Origin: Rhodosorus marinus CCMP1338
Lineage: Eukaryota; Plantae; Rhodophyta
Direction of reading: 5' to 3'
Length of the DNA: 32,534 nt
NCBI GenBank assembly: GCA_029953675.1
Contig: JAMWBK010000016.1
Span: 1-32,534, forward strand
This document shows, one piece after another, positions 19,297 through 27,426 of the stretch; within the stretch, counting starts at the first letter, position 1; the number at the start of each line of letters is the position of its first letter. Under the pieces are notes generated by a model, which was not told where the DNA came from, ran no database searches, and worked only from the letters and a program-made list of their open reading frames with translations. The position numbers and the translations under genes were made by a program.

Positions 19297-20791
19297 ATGG
19301 CCGACTTGGTAGCGGGTGAGGGCATGGGCCTAGACGAATCTGGATTTGGTGCGGAGTATAGCAGGGGAGAACTGGGACCTGGAGTTGGCAGGGAAGTACC
19401 TGCACAAGTGCGCTGGGGAGGGGATGGGGGCGGAGAGGTTGATAAAGTTGCTGGAGGACGTGGAAAGGGTTTTATCTGGAGAAGAGATGGCCAAGTGGTT
19501 GTCACACGTCAACAACGACGATTGGAGCGTCCTTCAAACTTGTGCGCGATACCAGGAGAAGGGAGAGACGTTGATAAAGTTGCTGGAGTATGGGGGAAAG
19601 TTTTTACGCAAAGAAGAAATGGCCAAGTGGTTGTCACACGTCAACAACATCGATTGGAGCGTCCTTCATTTTTGTGCCTATTACCAAAAGAAGGGAGAGA
19701 CGTTGATAAAGTTGCTGGAGTATGGGGAAAAGTATTTACGCAAAGAAGAAATGGCCAAGTGGTTGTCACACGTCAACAACATCGATTGGAGCGTCCTTCA
19801 TTTTTGTGCCTATTACCAGGAGAAGGGAGAGACGTTGATAAAGTTGCTGGAGTATAGGGGAAAGTATTTACCCCAAGAAGAAATGGCCAAGTGGTTGTCA
19901 CACGTCAACAACGACGATTGAAAGAATCAATGAATGGTTTAATCGGAGGCTGAAAAAAAAAACCCCGAGGGAAAAAAAAGACTAAGCGCGGCGAAGTACT
20001 CGCGCCTCCAACATCAAAGCGGCATTCATGCGCCAAAACGGCGTCCAAAACGACGATTGGAGCGTCCTTCAAACTTGTCCCCGATACCAGGAGAAGGGAG
20101 AGGCGTTGATAAAGTTGCTGGGGTATGGGGGAAAGTTTTTACGCAAAGAAGAAATGGCCAAGTGGTTGTCACACGTCAACAACGACGATTGGAGCGTCCT
20201 TAATCTTTGTGCCTATTACCAAAAGAAGGGAGAGACGTTGATAATGTTGCTGGAGTATGGGGAAAAGTATTTACGCAAAGAAGAAATGGCCAAGTGGTTG
20301 TCACACGTCAACAACGACGATTGGAGCGTCTTCATATTTGTGCGCGATACCAGGAGAAGGGAGAGACGTTGATAGCGTTGCTGAATTATGCGGGAATGTA
20401 TATGTCCAAAGAAGAGATGGCCAAGTGGTTGTCACACGTCAACAACATCGATTGGAGCGTCCTTCATATTTGTGCGCGATACCAGGAGAAGGGAGAGACG
20501 TTGATAAAGTTGCTGGAGTATGGGGGAAAGTATTTACGCGAAGAAGAAATGGCCAAGTGGTTGTCGCACGTCAACAACGCCAGTGACAGCGTCCTTTCTT
20601 TGTGCGCAGAACGTCAGAGGGAGGGGGAGACACTGATCAAGTTGGCGGAGCATGGGAGCAAGTATATGTTGAAAGAAGATATGGGCAAGTGGTTGGGAAC
20701 AGTGGCGGACAGCGACACTAGACTTAAGCTCGAAAATCGGCTAGGAGCCACCTCCGTTGGAGCCGGCGGTGGCTCGAACACACTCCCATAG
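19297..20791 (-). other. Span marker only; the coding feature is on the + strand (next entry)
   Basis: Minus-strand ORFs here (e.g. 19330-19515) are shadows of the repeat gene and not supported as genes. Confidence 0.05.
19297..20791 (+). pseudogene. Ankyrin-like repeat protein gene: about 7 near-identical 44-aa (132-bp) repeats plus degenerate end repeats, disrupted
   Basis: Unit WSVLHFCAYYQKKGETLIKLLEYGEKYLRKEEMAKWLSHVNNID with 132-bp spacing (19520, 19652, ...). Interrupted by an A insertion at 19921-20048 and a 1-bp deletion near 20330. Start and end uncertain; the 3' end abuts element D2. Confidence 0.8.
19921..20048 (-). mobile_element. 5'-truncated family A insertion with 11-bp target-site duplication
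   Basis: AACGACGATTG at 19910-19920 and 20049-20059; A sequence 19921-20035 plus 13 extra nt (20036-20048). Confidence 0.95.
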
Positions 20792-22061
20792 TCTGGCGCC
20801 ATCTTTCTTTTCGGCCTTGATGAAGGGCAACAATCGGCTGCTGCTCAGGGCCTGCCGTAGCATACGTGGAAATATGGAGGGGTTCTGCACCAGACTGCGC
20901 AGGAATCGAACCAGAAGAGGCCTGTTCGATGGAATCACCGCCTGGAGATGCTCCGCGCGAAGACCACTCGGTCCAGGGCCTGTTTTCGGCGGATGTCGGT
21001 TGATCATTCCAAGGAGAGATTCATCGCTCGCATCAGCTGGGTTCCATTGGCGGGGAGGGTGCTCCAGGGCGGTTTCGAGTAGTCGGTGCATCTCTGCCGC
21101 AACATCCGGATGTAAAGCTTCCATTGAGGCATCTGGAAATAGTTCACACAAAGCATTCCATGTCGAGGACGTCTGCGATGCGAGCTCCGTGGCCTCCAAG
21201 CGCTGGGCAGCTGCAGAGAGGCGCCCACACTGAGCCAGTTTCACCACCTGTCGATTCCGCCTGCTTTCTCTTTGGCTATCCGCTCTCCGCTCACGGGGTG
21301 ATGGCTGGGTAGCGGCCGCTAAATTCAGCGCCTGCCATACCACTGAGAATTCTCCCTCTAACAGATGCCCCGTTTGTACTCCGATCGGAAGGGCACAGAT
21401 CCCTAGCGACAGGCCAGGGAGTGCCATTAAGGATAGGCGTAAGAGTGGATCCGGGGTGGTGTCCACTGCGGGGCGGCTCAGAGCACGCTGGAGTAGTAGG
21501 TTCCAATGCTTGACTTGCGCATTATGGACATGCTCTCGAGTGCGTACTGGGCTGTTGGTGACCATCCACCAGTGCCGTCCGGAGTCTGTTGCGGTGTCCA
21601 GGAACGTGTGGAGTTTTGCCTGCCATGCTTCAGGGTCGGTGGTGATCAGCACCCCAGGAGTAGGTCGTTGTCGGTGAGCGCTTGCTCTGCGAGGTGAGCG
21701 AGAGGGGCTCGGTGTGTAGTCGTCGCGCGGGCGTTTAGTACTCGTGGGGCGTCTCGGCATTACTGGGGAGTATTGTATTGGCCGTCCTGGGTGTCCATCT
21801 CCATGCTCTCATCTGCGACTGCCGTAGCGTCCACGCGCGTGCGCTTCTGCTTAGGAGGCTCCTGGATGTTACACTGGAGCTCCGCGTGCGGGTTGTCGTC
21901 AGCTTCTTCCTCCTGTCCATGCTCGAATTCCATCGAGGCTGACTGGTCGATGGCGTTCATAGTGCTCTCGCACGGTGGTGCTGTGTCCAGGTTAATGGGC
22001 AACTCTGCATGGGGATTTTCGTCCTCTCCAGTGGTGGTTTCCCCTTCGTTCGCAGCCATGG
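20790..22061 (-). mobile_element. Element D2: ORF1 C-terminus (22059-21760) and ORF2 N-terminal part, truncated at both ends
   Basis: ORF2 contains GRLSAA..LE, GPGPSGLRAEHLQ, SSRLLPFIK; TAATG stop-start overlap at 21762-21758; homologous to element C. Confidence 0.88.
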
Positions 22062-22080
22062 AACCCCAGACTAACGTAAC
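22062..22080 (-). repeat. Telomere-repeat linker GTTACGTTAGTCTGGGGTT between D1 and D2
   Basis: 19/19 match to the terminal repeat, G-strand on minus. Confidence 0.93.
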
Positions 22081-24954
22081 TGTAAACTTTACTCGGCAAC
22101 TGCCTAATGCAGCGCAACACTAATTCTATCCAGATCTAGGGAAAATGTGTGTGTTTAACCCCGACTCCCGGGGTCTCTAGCTACGATAAAAAAGAAAAAT
22201 AAGGGATCAGTGGCTGGTCCGACTGATCCACGCGCAAAGCCCCTAACGCGAGCTCTGGGTTCCCTGCCCAGAGTCTTCTGTTTAGTTGAGCCCGCACGTT
22301 GCTCAACTCGTACTGCTTAGTTAGCATGTGCCCACAGCCCTCACGGAGAAAGTCTTGGGTCATCTGCCCTGTTCTGCCGAAGGTTTCTATCGCAATCGGA
22401 ATCAGTTTGTCATCTGGATGCTCTGTCGCCATCGCCTCCTTGTAGTGTGCAAGTTTCCAACGCTCCGCCTGTTTTGCTGCATAACCATTGTTGTCTTTGC
22501 TGTTGGCTAGGTGTCTCGCCTGTAGGGGTGACACCACCGTCACATCGATCGCAAATCGTTGCCAGGTTCGAGGGTGTATAGCTACCAAGTCAGGTCGTAG
22601 ATTCGAGTTCGTGAAGTAGTCTGTAGGTTCTTGCTGAACATCTCTGAGCTGCCATCTGTTGAGCCAACGCGCCAGCTCAGTGCAGAGCTCATCATGTCGC
22701 CGTTGCCAGAGCCCAGTCGAGGTCTGACAATGATGGAATCTTTGTACACCGTTCGTACGGTGTGTACTATTACACGTAGTACACCTCTCCGTCGTCCGCA
22801 GTCCCGGAATCGGGAGACCCAGCAATTGTCGGATATTCAGGTGCATGCCTCTCCCACTCAATTTTCGGGGTCCGAATTGTGGCAAATCTCTTAGCCAGAC
22901 GCCTGAACCTGCTCCTGCAGCGGAACGGATTCGGGCACGATGTTCCGGGTCGAGTAAGGGATCCGTGACCAGTCGGGTGAAAGCAGTAAGGTGTGCCTCT
23001 CTTGAGAGGGTCTGTCGTAAGGAACCTTGCTTCACCGCAGACTGGTCAGGGGGGGGGAATTTGCTGCAGGGGCAGCAGTCAGGTACGTGGGGTTGAGGAG
23101 CTGCCTTATTCGGGGGCTGGTTTCCGGTCTCAGTCTCCCCCTAATGGCTGTAGTTGCCACTAGGATTTGGGAGGGGAGGTCGTCAGTAGAGCGGTGTAGT
23201 GTCCTCGGGGGGTTGAGCAGCTGTGGTGTAGCTTCCTGGGTGCGTTCTAACAATTTTTGTAGGTGGGGCCAATAGCCCTTGTTAGCTGCAAAGGTTTGCA
23301 TCCAACCTGTGTAGAAAGAAATAGGTTGGATGCGCCTTCTAGTGCAGAATCCCAGTCCCCCCCATCGGCAGGGGAGTGCTACCTGCTTCCAAGCCGGGTG
23401 CGTTCCGTCAGGGTCGTCCGCATGGGCTGTTTGTAGACAGCCTAGTAGCCTTTCCAACTGTAGTCGTGTGTTGTAGTCCGCTTCTCGTGCTAAACTTCTG
23501 CCGTAGTGGTAAGCCACTGTCCTTAGGGTGTAGTCAAGTCTCGTTTCCGAGCAGTATCGGAACAGCGCCAGTTGTGTGTTGAGCTCTTCAGGAGGCAGAT
23601 GGGCTATCTCTTTGCCCAGTGTTTCATGCTTGTTTTCTAGTGTTCTCAAAGCTTCTTCCACATATTTTCTCGTCCCAATGGGAATGGAGTGTATGGTTAC
23701 TCCTTCGCGAGAAACATTGAGGTCCGGCATGTATCTGGTAACCAGTCGAGGGGATGCTATGTGGTAGCCGAATAGGGTGCACTTTTGAGGCTGTAGTTCC
23801 GCCCCAATGGTAGGGAGGGCATTTTGACTCCACAGTAGGGCATCTTTCAGGGACTCCAGGGGGCCCACGAGCGTGATATCGTCATGGATGGCGACAGTAG
23901 TCAGCTCAGGGTATTTCTGCCGCAGTGCTTCGAGAAAAGGCGCCAGTGAGAGGGCGTGTAAGGCAGGTCCCAAAGGATCTCCTTGTTGTACTCCCGTCTG
24001 CGCTTGTATGGGGTTACGCGGGGGCTTTGTCTTCCCCTGGTGTTCGTGCTTCGGCACTAGCACATCGCTTGGTACCCCTGATCATTGAGTGCTTTGGGTT
24101 CATGGACTCTGTTGGTTCTCGCTGGCTTCGGGAGTTGTTCCGCGAACGCCCTGACCGTCTTCAATCGTTGTTTACCCGCTTAAGTTTCCTGCTGTGGCGC
24201 ATGAATGCCGCTTTGATGTTGGAGGCGCGAGTACTTCGCCGCGCTTAGTCTTTTTTTCCCCTCGGGGTTTTTTTTTTTTTTCAGCCTCCGATTAAACCAT
24301 TCATTCATTCATTGTAGGTGTAGTCGATCTGGATGCAGTGTTCCGTCTGTAGCTTTGGGGCGCCAGCCAAGGAGCGTAGGTGAGTCCTCGCAGTTGCTTC
24401 CATATCCCAGGCGGTAGATGGCTGCCAGCTCTGGGTAATGGCGGTCGACTAGTTGTTTGGCAATACTCCGATCAATTCGGTTGAACGCATTCGCCAGGTC
24501 GAGTCGTAGAACTGCCGATTGTGGTTCACAGTAGAGATGGGCCTGTATTGCGTGCAGGGACCGTTCGCAACCTCCACTGACGGCAAGGCCTAGTTGCAGG
24601 GGGACGAGGAGCTCCCGAAGTCGTGTGGTCACGTGACCTAGTACCCACTGTGTCGCTAGCTTTCGTAGGACCTCAGGAACGCCAATAGGTCTGACAGCAG
24701 GGTGCGCAGGTGGGGGCCCAGTAGTAGGGGACTTGACAAACGGCAGGAGCCTGCTGCTGCGGAGAGCCCTGGTCAGGACTGCCGGGAGCCGCTCCGGAGC
24801 CGTGGCCAACTGTCTCAGGAACCGTACCAGGTGCGGGTGTGCCTCACGCGTTAGCATCTGTAAGTGCTCTGCGCGGAGCCCGCTGGGCCCGGGACATTTG
24901 TCTTTCGGCAGCAGGGTCAGTTTGGCGAGTAGACTCTCATCCGAGGCTTGTCCG
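22081..24954 (-). mobile_element. Element D1: 5'-truncated RT-CCHC-RLE retrotransposon with intact 3' end, interrupted by an A insertion
   Basis: GPSGLRAEHLQ, VRPIG, DLANAFN, QQGDPLGP, IHDD, LPCRWGGLG; C..C..H..C; RPDLV..IDVTV..K..Y..IETFG; stop 22181; 3' UTR to 22081. Confidence 0.93.
24009..24311 (+). mobile_element. 5'-truncated family A insertion inside the D1 RT, with 5-bp TSD and telomere-repeat filler at its 5' junction
   Basis: TTGTA at 24004-24008 and 24312-24316. Removing the insert and one TSD restores in-frame HPDRLHLQAQTGVQQGDP. The first 10 nt are TGGGGTTACG. Confidence 0.93.
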
Positions 24955-24960
24955 GTAACC

Positions 24961-25138
24961 GTAAGCTTTACTGGGCAGCTGCCTACTGCAGCGCAACACT
25001 ACGTCTAATCCTATCTAGGGAAAAACTTACTGGAACCCCGCTACCGGGGTCTCATGCTACGTTCAAAAGAAAAAACAGGTACCAGCGGATTCTCCAGCTG
25101 GTCCACGCGCAAAGCGCCTAATGCTATCTCTGCTATCT
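24961..25138 (-). mobile_element. Element D': 178-bp 3'-end fragment related to D1
   Basis: EIALGALRVDQLENPLVPVFFF* vs D1 ELALGALRVDQSDQPLIPYFSFLS*; 3' UTR aligns with D1; followed by GGTTAC (24960-24955). Confidence 0.88.
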
Positions 25139-25159
25139 TAACCCCAGACTAACGTAACC
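25139..25159 (-). repeat. Telomere-repeat linker GGTTACGTTAGTCTGGGGTTA between F and D'
   Basis: 21/21 match. Confidence 0.93.
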
Positions 25160-26020
25160 GCGTACACTTTACTGAAGAACTCCCTATTGGAGCCCATTAA
25201 GAAGCAATAAGGATCCTATTGGTCAGGAAAGAAACCCCTAATGGGTTGTGTGGCTACGTTCTAGGATAGGGACGATGTCATAGTCTGCTTCGTCGACACG
25301 ACGAGCCTGGGTGGCAAGGATAGCGTTTCCTTTCCACAAAGTGCGGTTCAAGATCGCCCGAGCCTCACTTACTTGCGTTGCCCGCTGATCCAGGTGTATA
25401 GTCGCTTCCTTGAGGAACTCACTCGCTTGTTGTCCCATCTGCCCAAATGTTTCCAGGCAGAAGGGGACGAAGATGTCGTCGTTATGTTCTCCGATACTGT
25501 CACGGTATTTGGACTCTTTAAACTTTTCCGCTTTCCGTGCCGCATACCCGGTCTCCCAAGACGCTTTGTGTAGGTGTGTTCTTTGCAAAGGCGAGGTCAC
25601 CTTCACATCGATCACGTAGTGCTTGCCTGTTCGTGGGTGTCGGGGCTAGAATGTCAGGCCGAAGCCGACTGCCTTGGTAGTGTCCGGTCGGTTCTATTGT
25701 CACTTCTAGTCGCCATTGTCTCAGCACTGTCGCCAGGGCGTCCCTGACCATGTTATGCCGAATTGTCCAGCTCCCGGTAGAGCTGGTGCAGTGGTGAAGG
25801 CGTTGAATGCCTGCAGCGTCGTGTGGTTGGGAACATATCGTACACGTACTAAGTATTCGTACACCCGGCAGGGGCAATCCCAACAGTTGTCGAAGGCTCA
25901 GGTTCAGTTCTCCGCTACTTAGGCCGCGTCCGTGTTTCCTTGGCAAGTCTCGCAGCCAAGTACCGCCTCCTGATCCCTTACAGGAGCGTATTCGCGCACG
26001 TGCCGTCTCGCTGATCTCCG
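25160..26020 (-). mobile_element. Element F: 5'-truncated copy (CCHC, RLE, 3' UTR)
   Basis: ARIRSCKGSGGGTWLRDLP, CTIC..H..HC, RLRPDIL, IDVKVTSPLQ..KESKY..CLETFG; stop 25238; one frameshift near 25630. Confidence 0.92.
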
Positions 26021-26045
26021 CGTAACCCCAGACTAACGTAACCCC
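26021..26045 (-). repeat. Telomere-repeat patch GGGGTTACGTTAGTCTGGGGTTACG
   Basis: 25/25 match; joins element F to the duplicated segment starting at 26046. Confidence 0.95.
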
Positions 26046-26183
26046 GAAATAATTATCGTAATACGGAGCTCCAATTCGTAGCTCTCCCCAATGATGACGT
26101 GCGCAGAAATTTTGCCTTGCTGATAAAGACCAAATCTTCGAGTCCGGCGGCCTCTGCAAGAGGAATAACCCAAGAAAAATCAT

Positions 26184-26391
26184 GGGTTTGGAGTGGTTGC
26201 GGAGATGCTTTGCTGAGCATCCTACTGAATACTTGGCGCTCTTGAGGCGTTTAAGTGTCTCCCTTTGGCGATATTCCAGCCACATGCTTTCCGAGGCGCG
26301 TCATCTGCCCCTGGGGCTGCATGCTTCCCACCCTAGTTCTTAGTTCATCTTCACGCCGTGCGTAGCGCTTCAGGCTATGCTAGTAAAGTCC
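26184..26391 (+). mobile_element. Family B 3'-end fragment (also at 30472-30679)
   Basis: Encodes LEWLRRCFAEHPTEYLALLRRLSVSLWRYSSHMLSEARH; ends CTATGCTAGTAAAGTCC. Confidence 0.9.
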
Positions 26392-26538
26392 ACCTAAATT
26401 GGCAACTGTTTTCAAAACACAAAGGACGACAGTAAAGCTCAAAATTAATCCTCACATCGAGCAGTTCGCTGCTACCACCAGCCAATATGGTGCTGAGGAT
26501 CACGCGGCCAACGTCGAACGGAATTTGCCCCATAAAAC

Positions 26539-26600
26539 TCTTAGTCTTTTTTTCCCCTCGGGGTTTTTTTTTCAGCCTCCGATTAAACCATTCATTCATT
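26539..26600 (+). mobile_element. 62-bp family A 3'-UTR insertion with 8-bp TSD
   Basis: CATAAAAC at 26531-26538 and 26601-26608; the paralogous empty site has a single CATAAAAC at 30824-30831. Confidence 0.95.
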
Positions 26601-27061
26601 CATAAAACCCTGCAGTAAGTTGGAATCAATAAAATCTTCCGGAATATTTTCGTCCCAATGCATACGACAAGAGTAAGCAAGTCTCTCTCCGAATCGATTG
26701 ACCATCGTTGTTTCTTCTCTTTTACAAACTCAGGTAGTAGTGAAGTTCAATTTCATGCGAGTGCAAAGTTTCTAAATATAGGTTGCAGGAGAACCAATAA
26801 TATCCTCCGTTTTCTTGTGGCCGCGGGCCAAGTTCAATGGATTTTTGAAGTTTTCTGGTCGGTCCCTTGATATGGTGGCCAGCACTTCCGGACGTGAACG
26901 AGCAACGGGTGGTCAGCCAGGAGAGTGGCCCTTAACGATTAGGCATTGCGGTGAGGGAACCAAGGCAACGGAAGAAGCATAGTTGCCTGGGCGTATCATA
27001 GACGCCTGGGGTTGTGCACGGTGAGTGACTGACCTAGTAGTCAGCTGCGACGATAGCCGCC

Positions 27062-27300
27062 GCACTTCTTCCGGTATTCGGAGATCCGGCCTGACATTGT
27101 GGGACGGCATCCAACGAGTGGGCATGTTTACCTGTTGGAAGTGATGGTAACGACACCACTGCAACTTCATCTGTTGCAGGAGAGCAGCTGGAAGAGTGGG
27201 TATGTGGCGAAGAAAGCGGAATATAGCAAGGTGGCACACTACGCGGAAGCGATACGGAATGAAAGCGGAGAACTCAAGCTGGACTATATTACATGATAGA
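27062..27300 (+). mobile_element. D/F-like endonuclease-domain fragment
   Basis: HFFRYSEIRPDIVGRHPTSGHVYLLEVMVTTPLQLHLLQESSWKSGYVAKKAEYSK aligns with F (RPDIL..DVKVTSPLQRTHLHKASWETGYAARKAEKFK). Confidence 0.85.
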
Positions 27301-27308
27301 TATTCGGG

Positions 27309-27338
27309 AACCCCAGACTAACGTAACCCGTAACGTAG
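27309..27338 (-). repeat. Telomere-repeat patch with stutter (TACGTTACG-GGTTACGTTAGTCTGGGGTT)
   Basis: 21-nt perfect match 27309-27329 plus an adjacent partial repeat. Confidence 0.88.
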
Positions 27339-27426
27339 AACGTGCGACATAAGTCCTGCGCAAAGGAGATGTCGCAATCCCTCCTGTCTAGCCTTGAACT
27401 CTTTCATATTCAGACACGGATTCTTC

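Larger units (their letters stand above)
26046..27065. repeat. Segmental direct duplication, copy 1 (copy 2 at 30334-31288)
   Basis: Near-identical from GAAATAATTATCG to GATAGCCGCCGCAC. Contains a B 3' fragment (26184-26391) and, only in this copy, a 62-bp A insertion. Confidence 0.95.

Noticed and set aside
19500-20600. CRISPR-like or non-coding repeat array
   Set aside because: Contiguous 132-bp units with no unique spacers that translate as a protein repeat; eukaryotic context.
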